From Flavobacteriales bacterium (GTDB lineage Bacteria; Bacteroidota; Bacteroidia; Flavobacteriales; BACL11): a stretch of DNA of 64,000 nt. A model generated the notes under the pieces. It saw nothing but the letters and a program-made list of their open reading frames with translations, was not told the DNA's origin and ran no database searches. The stretch covers positions 689-64,688 of the forward strand of contig JACNLP010000051.1 in assembly GCA_014381465.1 (NCBI GenBank). The letters run 5' to 3'. Below, in pieces: positions 56,344-64,000 of this stretch. Made by a program: the position numbers and the translations under genes. Each line of letters begins with the position of its first letter. Position 1 is the stretch's first letter.

Positions 56344-57054
56344 CTAATTTAAGCTAACATCTCTAATTGATAGTATATTTTGCTCAAAACGGCTGGTATT
56401 TTGGATAATATACAACAACTTTTGGGCAACTATTTTAGTGCTTTCAAGTTCATTTTGGCTGTAATAGTCTGCAAATTTGCTTAAAAGCGGGAAGTTTTTG
56501 GGGTCAGAATTCCTAATTTGTAACTGCATATTAGTATCTACTACCCCTGGGTGAACAGAAAATACAGTTAGGTTTTTATGTTTTTCCTCAGCAATTACCT
56601 GGGTAAGCATATCTAGTGCAGACTTAGTAGCGCAATAAGTACTCCAAGAAGCAATTGCCTTATTGGCAGCCCCTGAGCCAATATTAATGAGTAGTTTTTT
56701 ATCATCAGGATAAGTGGTAATAAATTTCCTACATAATATAGTAGGAGCAACTAAGTTAAGATTGTATTCCTTAATAATATCACTAGTTTGTTTTTTATCA
56801 AAAGGAACAATAGTGCCAATTGTTGCGGCATTATTTATAAGCAATACCTCATTATCAATATTAAAAGTAGGGAATACTAAATTATTTACTTGAGCTAAGT
56901 CACTTAAATCAATTTTAGTAAAAGTAAAGTTAGGGTGCTGAATTTTATTGGTACGGGAATAGCCATAAACATCAAAGTCATTTTTAAGAAGAAGTTCAGC
57001 AACTACTTTACCAATTCCGCCTCCTGTCCCTGTTATGAGTGCAGCTTTTTGCAA
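56344..57054 (-). CDS. SDR oxidoreductase (YueD/sepiapterin-reductase-like), TTG start
   Basis: TGTGGGIG, LINNAA, NIGSGAA, YCATK, PGVVDT.MQ..IR. Confidence 0.88.
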   Translation of the reverse strand: MQKAALITGTGGGIGKVVAELLLKNDFDVYGYSRTNKIQHPNFTFTKIDLSDLAQVNNLVFPTFNIDNEVLLINNAATIGTIVPFDKKQTSDIIKEYNLNLVAPTILCRKFITTYPDDKKLLINIGSGAANKAIASWSTYCATKSALDMLTQVIAEEKHKNLTVFSVHPGVVDTNMQLQIRNSDPKNFPLLSKFADYYSQNELESTKIVAQKLLYIIQNTSRFEQNILSIRDVSLN

Positions 57055-57055
57055 T

Positions 57056-58201
57056 TTAAAGTTTTCCTAAAGCAGTTTCTAAATCAGAGATTAAGTCATC
57101 AATATCTTCTACTCCAACACTCAATCTTATTAAAGAATCAACCACCCCTGTTTTTTCTCTTTCCTCTTTAGGAATTGCAGCATGGGTCATAGATGCAGGG
57201 TGCCCACATAATGATTCAACACCTCCTAAACTTTCAGCTAAAGTGAAGTAGTGCGTATTAGAAACCACAGTAACAGCATCTTCCAATTTATTCCCTTTTA
57301 AGTTAAAGGATACCATTCCACCAAAGTCATCCATTTGTTTTTTTGCAATATCATGATTAGGATGAGATTCAAAGCCTGGCCAGTATACCTCACCAACTTT
57401 AGGATGAGACTTTAAGAAGTTTGCAATCACTTTTCCGTTTTCGCAATGTCTTTGCATCCTAAGGTGTAAAGTTTTTATTCCTCTTAATACTAGGAAAGAA
57501 TCCATAGGACCAGGAACAGCACCACAGGAATTTTGTATAAAATATAATCTTTCAGCAAGAGCATCATCTTTACAGATTGCTGCCCCCATCACTACATCAG
57601 AATGACCACCCATGTATTTAGTAAGTGAGTGCATAACAATATCAGCCCCTAAATCCAAAGGCCTTTGTAAATAAGGAGTAGCAAAAGTATTATCCACCAC
57701 AAAAATAAGGTTGTGCTTTTTGGAGATGGTTCCTAAACTCTCAATATCAATAATGTTTAGCATTGGGTTGGTTGGTGTTTCTGCCCAAATCATTTTTGTA
57801 TTTTCATTGATATAGGATTCTACTTTATCCGCATTATCCATGCCAATAAAATGAAATTTGATGCCATAGAATTCAAATATCTTAGTAAAAATACGGTAAG
57901 TACCTCCGTACAAGTCATTAGTAGAAATTACCTCATCACCAGGGGAAAGTAGTTTAATGATAGCATCAATTGCTCCAAGTCCAGAACCAAAACACAAACC
58001 ATGCGTACCGTTTTCCAAAGCCGCCAAGTTTTTTTCCAAAGCACTTCTTGTTGGGTTTCCAGTACGGGAATATTCATATCCTTTATGATCGCCAGGAGAG
58101 GCTTGTATATAAGTTGAGGTTTGGTAGATAGGCGTCATTACTGCTCCTGTAGTAGGGTCAGCTTCTTGCCCTGCATGTATGGTTTTAGTTCCGAATTTCA
58201 T
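57056..58201 (-). CDS. metB: PLP-dependent cystathionine gamma-synthase/gamma-lyase
   Basis: PIYQTSTY, YSRTGNPTR, ETPTNP, DNTFA.P, HSLTKYMGGHSD, AESLGGVESL; synthase versus lyase cannot be resolved by eye. Confidence 0.85.
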   Translation of the reverse strand: MKFGTKTIHAGQEADPTTGAVMTPIYQTSTYIQASPGDHKGYEYSRTGNPTRSALEKNLAALENGTHGLCFGSGLGAIDAIIKLLSPGDEVISTNDLYGGTYRIFTKIFEFYGIKFHFIGMDNADKVESYINENTKMIWAETPTNPMLNIIDIESLGTISKKHNLIFVVDNTFATPYLQRPLDLGADIVMHSLTKYMGGHSDVVMGAAICKDDALAERLYFIQNSCGAVPGPMDSFLVLRGIKTLHLRMQRHCENGKVIANFLKSHPKVGEVYWPGFESHPNHDIAKKQMDDFGGMVSFNLKGNKLEDAVTVVSNTHYFTLAESLGGVESLCGHPASMTHAAIPKEEREKTGVVDSLIRLSVGVEDIDDLISDLETALGKL

Positions 58202-58297
58202 TGCGAATTTTTATGATTAATATCTCATTTCTTAGTGAGCAAATTTAGGATTTATTACTACATAAAAACCTACTTTTGCCATCAAAATAAATTAAAA

Positions 58298-59203
58298 ATG
58301 GGAGGGAAGGTATTTTCACATATTTCTATCTTTTTTGCAAACTTCATTTATGCATTAACTTACACTTTTGCTAAGGATGTAATGCCTGATTTTGTGAGTC
58401 CGTTTGCATTTATTTTGATGCGTGCTGTTGGTGCTGTATTGCTCTTTTGGCTTACTTATTTGCTTTTTGTTCGTGAAAAAATGGAGCGTAAAGATCTTGT
58501 AAGAGCAGCTGTTGCAGGGGTATTTGGTGTGGCTCTTAATCAGTTGTTATTTTTTAAAGGGCTTAATATGACTACCCCAATTAATGCTTCTATCATCATG
58601 ACCTCAAACCCTATAATGGTGCTTGTAATGTCCTATTTTATACTTGGAGAAAAAATTACTTTAAGAAAGGCAATAGGAATCATTTTAGGAATTATTGGCG
58701 CATCAACTTTGATACTTAATGGCTCAGTACTTTCCTTAAATCCTGATCATATGTTAGGGAATTTCTTCATTTTGATAAATGCAGCATCTTATGCTGTTTT
58801 TTTAGTAGTTGTTAAACCTCTGATGCAAAAATACAATCCTATAACTGTAATGACGGCTGTTTTTACTTTTGGAACGATTTATGTAATTCCGTTTGGGTTA
58901 GACGGCTTACTTAATGTTAAGTTCAATGAGTTGCCAGTTACTATTATATATGAGATTCTGTTTGTAGTTATTGCAACTACTTATTTGGCTTATATGCTAA
59001 ATTCTGCAGCATTAAAAAACCTAAGACCATCAGTAGTTAGTATGTACATTTACTCCCAACCAATTTTAGCAACCATAGTTGCAATTTATCTTGGTAGCGA
59101 TTTTGTTACACAAAACAAAGTTGTTTCAGCAATTATCATTTTTGTTGGTGTGTATTTGGTAAGTGTTCGTTCCTTAAAGGACAGAAAGCAGAAACTTTCT
59201 TAA
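58298..59203 (+). CDS. DMT/EamA family transporter
   Basis: Ten hydrophobic helices in two EamA halves, FF.GL..T.P.NAS, Y.Y.QP..A; ATG at 58298 follows TACTTTTG (58271-58278). Confidence 0.9.
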   Translation: MGGKVFSHISIFFANFIYALTYTFAKDVMPDFVSPFAFILMRAVGAVLLFWLTYLLFVREKMERKDLVRAAVAGVFGVALNQLLFFKGLNMTTPINASIIMTSNPIMVLVMSYFILGEKITLRKAIGIILGIIGASTLILNGSVLSLNPDHMLGNFFILINAASYAVFLVVVKPLMQKYNPITVMTAVFTFGTIYVIPFGLDGLLNVKFNELPVTIIYEILFVVIATTYLAYMLNSAALKNLRPSVVSMYIYSQPILATIVAIYLGSDFVTQNKVVSAIIIFVGVYLVSVRSLKDRKQKLS

Positions 59204-59225
59204 ATTTGCAAAAAATATTTTTCTG

Positions 59226-60095
59226 ATGATTCAATCAATGACAGGCTATGGAAAAGCCGAGCTAAACCTAACAAATGCTAACTTTACTATTGAAGTAAGG
59301 TCGCTTAATTCAAAACAAATAGATGCCAATGTAAAGATGTCATCTATTTATAGAGATAAGGAAATAGGGCTAAGAAAATTACTTTCTGAAAAACTAAAAA
59401 GAGGGAAAATTGAACTTTCTATTTGGAGGGAATCTTCAGAATCCAATGCTAAGTATACTTTAAATACTGAGTTGATAAAAGAGTATTTTTCTCAGATTAA
59501 GTTAGTAACTAATGACCTAAACTTAAACAGTAAGGACATTATGCCAAGCTTATTAAAAATGCCAGAAGTGTTGGTAAAAGGTGAAGAGAAAGCAGATGAA
59601 AATGAGTGGGATGAAATAGCCAAAGGAGTAGATACTGCAATTGCTAATATCCTTCAATTCCGATTGGATGAAGGAAAAAAATTAGAAGAAGATATTACGG
59701 AAAGGATTAACAAACTAGCCACTTTATTGGTTGAAGTAGCCCCTTTTGCAAAAGCAAGAATTGAAAAGGTAAAACAAAGCCTTGCCGAGAAACTTACTGA
59801 GATTGACACTAAGAACATAGATGAAAACAGGTTTGAACAGGAGTTAATCTATTACTTAGAAAAACAAGATATAACAGAAGAACAAGTAAGGTTAGATGCT
59901 CATTTAAACTACTTTATTGAGACTATGAAAACTGATTCCCCAAACGGAAAGAAACTAGGTTTCATTGGACAAGAAATAGGTAGAGAAATAAATACAATTG
60001 GGTCTAAATCATCAGATGCAGGAATGCAAAAAATTGTAGTGCAAATGAAAGATGAGTTAGAAAAAATTAAGGAGCAATTATTAAACATTCTGTAG
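59226..60095 (+). CDS. yicC: YicC/YloC family endoribonuclease
   Basis: MIQSMTGYG, EVRSLN, DITEE.VRL..H, GKKLGFI.QE.GRE.NTIGSK. Confidence 0.95.
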   Translation: MIQSMTGYGKAELNLTNANFTIEVRSLNSKQIDANVKMSSIYRDKEIGLRKLLSEKLKRGKIELSIWRESSESNAKYTLNTELIKEYFSQIKLVTNDLNLNSKDIMPSLLKMPEVLVKGEEKADENEWDEIAKGVDTAIANILQFRLDEGKKLEEDITERINKLATLLVEVAPFAKARIEKVKQSLAEKLTEIDTKNIDENRFEQELIYYLEKQDITEEQVRLDAHLNYFIETMKTDSPNGKKLGFIGQEIGREINTIGSKSSDAGMQKIVVQMKDELEKIKEQLLNIL

Positions 60096-60658
60096 TGGGA
60101 AAACTCATTGTTATATCAGCACCCTCAGGAGCAGGAAAAACTTCCATTGTTCATTATTTACTTAAAAGTATGGATGAACTTTCTTTTTCTGTTTCAGCTT
60201 GTAGCCGTGAAAAAAGAGAAAATGAAATAGATGGAAAGGATTATCATTTTTTAGGAATAGAGGGTTTCCAGAATAAAATAAAAGAAGATGCGTTCTTAGA
60301 ATGGGAACAGGTATATGAAAACCAGTATTACGGAACCCTAAAATCGGAAGTAGAAAGAATTTGGAATGAAGGGAAAACTGTAATTTTTGATGTAGATGTA
60401 GTAGGTGGATTAAATATTAAAAAGCAATATCCTAAGGAGTGTTTATCTATTTTTATTATGCCACCATCTATAGAGGTTTTGGCAGAACGATTAATTGGAA
60501 GAGGATCAGAATCAGATGAGAGTTTACAAAAAAGATTGGATAAAGCAGCAGAGGAAATAGCACAAAATCAGGAGTTTGATGCAGTTATACTAAATGATGA
60601 TTTTGAGATAGCTTGTGAGGAAACTCAAGATGTAATCACAAATTTTATTAAGTCATAA
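60095..60658 (+). CDS. gmk: Guanylate kinase (GTG start overlapping the yicC stop)
   Basis: SAPSGAGKT, SVSACSR..R..E.DG.DYHF, YYGT, FDVDV.G. Confidence 0.97.
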   Translation: MGKLIVISAPSGAGKTSIVHYLLKSMDELSFSVSACSREKRENEIDGKDYHFLGIEGFQNKIKEDAFLEWEQVYENQYYGTLKSEVERIWNEGKTVIFDVDVVGGLNIKKQYPKECLSIFIMPPSIEVLAERLIGRGSESDESLQKRLDKAAEEIAQNQEFDAVILNDDFEIACEETQDVITNFIKS

Positions 60659-60660
60659 AT

Positions 60661-61233
60661 ATGAAGATAGGTCTGTTTTTTGGTAGTTTTAATCCTATGC
60701 ATGTGGGGCATAAAATTATTGCCTCCTATTTAGCAGAGTTTTCTGACTTAGAAAAGGTGTTATTTGTAGTTTCTCCTCAAAATCCTTTGAAACAAAAAAG
60801 GACTTTATTGGATCAAAACCATAGGTTGCAAATTATAAGAGCAGAATTAGAAGATATTGAAAATTTAGCTGTTTCGGATGTTGAATTTAATATGCCACAA
60901 CCCTCTTACACTATTGATACTTTAGTTAGGTTGAAAGAACAACACCCAGAGCATGAGTATGCAATAATTATGGGAGCAGATAATTTGCAGAATTTTCATA
61001 AGTGGAAAAATTTTGAACAGATTTTAGCAGATTATTCTGTGTATGTGTACCCAAGGCATGGCTATGAAGTGGAGGGTTCGCATGAAAACATTCATCTTAT
61101 TAAAGGAGTTCCTCAAATGGAAATATCGGCTTCATTCATCAGAAATTCGATTAAAGAAGGAAAAGACATCTCTTATTTGATGCCAGAAAAAGCTTGGAAA
61201 TATACGGATGAAATGAATTTTTATAAAAAGTAA
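60661..61233 (+). CDS. nadD: Nicotinate-nucleotide adenylyltransferase
   Basis: GSFNPMHVGH, SPQNP.K, PSYTIDTL, IMGADN, ISASFIR. Confidence 0.97.
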   Translation: MKIGLFFGSFNPMHVGHKIIASYLAEFSDLEKVLFVVSPQNPLKQKRTLLDQNHRLQIIRAELEDIENLAVSDVEFNMPQPSYTIDTLVRLKEQHPEHEYAIIMGADNLQNFHKWKNFEQILADYSVYVYPRHGYEVEGSHENIHLIKGVPQMEISASFIRNSIKEGKDISYLMPEKAWKYTDEMNFYKK

Positions 61234-61237
61234 GATA

Positions 61238-61320
61238 GTTATTGGTTGCTAGTTTGTAGTTGTTAGAAATTAGAAAAGTGATGAAAGATAAGATAGAAAA
61301 TAGAAAACAAAAGAAAGAAA
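61238..61320. repeat. Degenerate 7-nt-periodic tract
   Basis: gttattg gttgcta gtttgta gttgtta gaaatta gaaaagt gatgaaa gataaga tagaaaa tagaaaa. Confidence 0.6.
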
Positions 61321-61324
61321 CATC

Positions 61325-61413
61325 TGTCATACTGAATGTAATGAAGTATCTCGGTTTTAGAGATGTTTGGCTTTGCCGATTAAACATCAATTCGACTTAC
61401 GCTCAACATGACA
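61325..61413. repeat. REP-like imperfect nested palindrome
   Basis: Outer arms TGTCATACTGAATGTAATGAAG and TTCGACTTACGCTCAACATGACA; inner stem GATGTTT/AAACATC around GGC-TTT-GCC. Confidence 0.65.
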
Positions 61414-61772
61414 AATTTTTATTATTTGTTTCTATACTTTTTATTACCTCTTGCACTACTCTTAAAAGTATAGAACAACAAGATGAAATTATTCCTATCC
61501 CAGTTAGAACAATAAGTTCGGAGTCAGTTAATTCCTATACAGGCTGGTGGGTATATGGAGAGGGACAACATATTTTTAAAGATGAACAAACACTTGAAGA
61601 ATATGAAATGGAGTTTCCAAATGAGAATATGGAAGAATTAGTGGAGCTCTACCTAGCAGTTTGCGAGATGGAATATTTCCCTATGGAATGCAAAATGACA
61701 GGAACTTTGAGTGGTAATATTCTTATGGTTCAATCCTTTGAAATTCTTTACATACAAGGTTGTGGGGAGTAG
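61341..61772 (+). CDS. Hypothetical lipoprotein, possibly NlpE C-terminal OB-like; true start uncertain
   Basis: Lipobox-like KFLLFVSILFITSC; GWWVYGEG..IF...L.ELY...P...G pattern. In-frame ATGs at 61281 and 61341; the ATG nearest the signal (61408) is out of frame. Confidence 0.6.
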   Translation: MKYLGFRDVWLCRLNINSTYAQHDKFLLFVSILFITSCTTLKSIEQQDEIIPIPVRTISSESVNSYTGWWVYGEGQHIFKDEQTLEEYEMEFPNENMEELVELYLAVCEMEYFPMECKMTGTLSGNILMVQSFEILYIQGCGE

Positions 61773-61776
61773 GACT

Positions 61777-61867
61777 TAGACTTTAGATGCTAGACCGCTC
61801 CGCTTTTAGATAATAGACTAAGATCAAATTTCCTGTCTAAACACTCATAGCTAAATACTCATATCTA
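61777..61867. repeat. Degenerate heptamer/14-mer repeat tract
   Basis: tagactt tagatgc tagaccg ... tagataa tagacta, then CTAAACACTCATAG / CTAAATACTCATAT. Confidence 0.6.
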
Positions 61868-61919
61868 CTTTAAAATTATCCTAACTTTGCAAAAAACAAT
61901 TCCACAAAAGGAGTACCCT

Positions 61920-63188
61920 ATGAAATTTGAAGATTTAAACTTACACCCTACTTTATTAAAAGCAGTAGCCGATCAGAATTATACTGAGCCAACTGCCATA
62001 CAAGCGCAAGCCATTCCTTTAATCCTAAAGAATAATGATGTGCTTGGAACTGCACAAACAGGAACAGGAAAAACAGCTGCATTTGCTTTGCCTATTTTAC
62101 ATCATTTAGTAAAGGAAAAGGAGAGCCAAAGTAAAACAAAAATAAGAGCTTTGGTGGTTACCCCAACAAGAGAATTGGCCATACAAATTGCTGAGAATTT
62201 TACTGCTTATTCTAAATATAATGGAATAAAAAACACGGTTATTTTTGGTGGAGTAAAACAGATGAAACAAGTTAAAAGATTAAATGATGGAGTAGATGTA
62301 TTAATTGCCACTCCTGGTAGGTTGTTGGATTTGATGGGGCAGGGCTATATTTCCTTAAAAGATGTTGGTTATTTTGTGTTGGATGAAGCAGATAGAATGT
62401 TGGATATGGGTTTTATTCATGACATTAAAAAACTATTAGAAAAGCTTCCAAAAAAGAGACAATCTTTATTTTTCTCAGCTACTATGCCAAATAATATTCT
62501 TAAGCTTTCCAATACTATTTTGTATAATCCTAAAAAGGTAGCGGTTCATCAGGTTTCTACAACTGCCGAAACAATACAGCAATCTATTTATTATACGAAT
62601 AAGCATGATAAGAAGGCCCTGCTTTTTCATATTTTAAAGAATAAAGAGATTAAACAAATCCTGGTGTTTTCCAGAACCAAACATGGTGCAGATAGGATAG
62701 TGCGTAATCTGAAAAAGAATAATATTCAGTCGGCTGCCATTCATGGAGATAAGTCGCAACCTCAAAGGCAAAAGGCATTAGAATCGTTTAAAAATAATAC
62801 GATAAGGGTATTAGTTGCTACTGATATTGCTGCAAGAGGGATTGATATTGACAAACTAACTTATGTGCTTAATTATGACATTCCTAATGAGCCAGAAACT
62901 TATGTGCACAGGATAGGAAGATGTGGTAGAGCAGGAGAGCAAGGACTTTCAATTTCAATTTGTGAGCCAGAAGAAAATGTTTATGCTCGTGATATTGAGA
63001 AACTAATAAAGCAAAAAATTACAGCAATAAAAAATCATCCTTTTCCGCAAACGGATAACCCTATGAATGCTCAGCAGAAGAAAGAGTTTGAGAAAGAAAA
63101 AAACAGAAAAAGACAAGAGTTTTTTGCCAACAGAAAGAAAAAAAGGAATGCTGCTGGAGGTAATAATAACCGAAATAATAGAAGGTAA
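61920..63188 (+). CDS. DEAD-box RNA helicase (RhlE-like)
   Basis: Q motif PTAIQ, AQTGTGKT, PTRELA, TPGR, DEAD, SAT, HRIGR.GRAG; basic tail. ATG at 61920 chosen because the TTG at 61887 lies in TAACTTTG (61882-61889). Confidence 0.96.
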   Translation: MKFEDLNLHPTLLKAVADQNYTEPTAIQAQAIPLILKNNDVLGTAQTGTGKTAAFALPILHHLVKEKESQSKTKIRALVVTPTRELAIQIAENFTAYSKYNGIKNTVIFGGVKQMKQVKRLNDGVDVLIATPGRLLDLMGQGYISLKDVGYFVLDEADRMLDMGFIHDIKKLLEKLPKKRQSLFFSATMPNNILKLSNTILYNPKKVAVHQVSTTAETIQQSIYYTNKHDKKALLFHILKNKEIKQILVFSRTKHGADRIVRNLKKNNIQSAAIHGDKSQPQRQKALESFKNNTIRVLVATDIAARGIDIDKLTYVLNYDIPNEPETYVHRIGRCGRAGEQGLSISICEPEENVYARDIEKLIKQKITAIKNHPFPQTDNPMNAQQKKEFEKEKNRKRQEFFANRKKKRNAAGGNNNRNNRR

Positions 63189-63204
63189 AAAAATAGACAA
63201 AAAA

Positions 63205-63229
63205 CTCCCCTCCTTGGAGGGGGTGGGTT
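63205..63229. repeat. GC-rich hairpin (REP-like or terminator)
   Basis: CCCCTC-CTTG-GAGGGG followed by GTGGG; a T-tract follows only on the minus strand. Confidence 0.45.
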
Positions 63230-63245
63230 CTAAAATCTAATTAAT

Positions 63246-63485
63246 ATGACTGATAAAACAAAATCTGAAAATACTCAACCTAACAATCCTTTACACGGAA
63301 TACGGTTAATTGATATCCTTGAATACTTGGTGGATGAATATGGTTGGGAGGAATTAGGTTATGAAATCAATATCAATTGTTTTACGAATAATCCTTCAAT
63401 AAAATCGAGCCTTAAGTTTTTAAGAAAAACCCAGTGGGCAAGAAAAAAAGTAGAAAATCTTTATTTAAAAACGATTAAGGAATAG
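63246..63485 (+). CDS. VF530/DUF2132 family small nucleic-acid-binding protein
   Basis: [48 protein letters not shown]. Confidence 0.92.
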   Translation: MTDKTKSENTQPNNPLHGIRLIDILEYLVDEYGWEELGYEININCFTNNPSIKSSLKFLRKTQWARKKVENLYLKTIKE

Positions 63486-63594
63486 TTTATTAATGACTAT
63501 GCGAATGTCCATCACCATGGGAATGTTCGTGTTTATTAATCTCATCTCTTTGTCAATATATTTAGCCATATAAAAAGTTATTGCCTTTATTCTA

Positions 63595-64000
63595 TTAACA
63601 CATATCTTCAGGTTTTACCCACTCATCAAATTCCTCTGCAGTTAGGTAGCCCAAGTTTATACTTTCTTCTTTTAGGGTTGTTCCGTTTTGGTGAGCAGTT
63701 TTTGCAATTTTAGCTGCTTTTTCATACCCAATTTTAGTGTTCAATGCAGTAACTAACATTAAAGAGTTGTCTAAATTTTTCTTTAAATTATCATAGTTTG
63801 CTTCTATTCCACTTGCACAATTTTCATCAAAGGAAACACAAGCATCACCAATTAATCGTGCTGATTGTAAAAAGTTGGTAGCCATAACTGGCTTAAATAC
63901 ATTCAGTTCGTAATGTCCTTGCATTCCTCCAACAGAAATTGCAGTATCATTACCCATTACTTGTGCACAAACCATAGTCATTGCCTCAGCTTGTGTTGGG
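63595..64000 (-). CDS. fumC: Class II fumarate hydratase, C-terminal part (5' end outside window)
   Basis: [49 protein letters not shown]; frame open to the window end. Confidence 0.95.
   Translation of the reverse strand, partial: PTQAEAMTMVCAQVMGNDTAISVGGMQGHYELNVFKPVMATNFLQSARLIGDACVSFDENCASGIEANYDNLKKNLDNSLMLVTALNTKIGYEKAAKIAKTAHQNGTTLKEESINLGYLTAEEFDEWVKPEDMC

Noticed and set aside
61151-61390. 79-aa minus-strand ORF
   Set aside because: Antisense to nadD and made of the low-complexity heptamer tract.
56049-61920. ORF-track starts at 56082, 58235 and 61887 (also 51491 and 52656)
   Set aside because: The first three overlap or precede TAnnTTTG promoter elements; downstream ATGs give family-typical N-termini in all five.
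626-63200. Short ORF-track entries nested in or antisense to long genes (e.g. 626-811, 8427-8681, 29666-29974, 53250-53597, 55895-56095)
   Set aside because: Shadow frames of well-supported genes with no motifs or independent expression signals.
63490-63597. Stop-codon read-through adding the His-rich tail to FumC
   Set aside because: The tail is in the fumC frame but is separated from it by four stops (TAA, TAG, TAA, TGA).

Overview
AT-rich, compact window from a Bacteroidota genome, most likely a marine Flavobacteriales-like lineage (inferred from TAnnTTTG promoters, T9SS cargo, HmuY, a PorP/SprF protein and asnS-rpoN synteny). The left two-thirds is dominated by cell-surface genes. There are three giant secreted proteins: a 5'-partial VPS10/BNR-PKD-CUB protein, a 2301-aa SprB-like type-B cargo with its PorP/SprF partner, and a 2661-aa protein with 21 FN3 domains. 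These lie near a CotH kinase, a porin-FMN-binding-TBDR-HmuY cluster divergent from hemW, and glycan-modifying genes (GT4, two methyltransferases, a deacetylase, a DUF2723/TMEM260-like GT-C), with one tRNA-Gln. The right third is mostly housekeeping: rimP-nusA-infB, dxs, asnS-rpoN, polA, metB-like, yicC-gmk-nadD, a DEAD-box helicase and partial fumC. No integrase, transposase, prophage or CRISPR array was seen. The best leads are (1) a possible reductive heme-uptake module with a His-poor, Met-containing HmuY, (2) a TMEM260-like transferase among sequon-rich adhesins, as a candidate Bacteroidota O-glycosylation transferase, (3) a pair of paralogous ~70-aa membrane hairpin proteins, (4) apparently dead catalytic sites in a pseudouridine synthase and the PolA proofreading domain, and (5) a REP-like hairpin at a lipoprotein start and a cryptic His-rich reading frame after fumC. 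All family calls come from motif recognition by eye; no database search was run.
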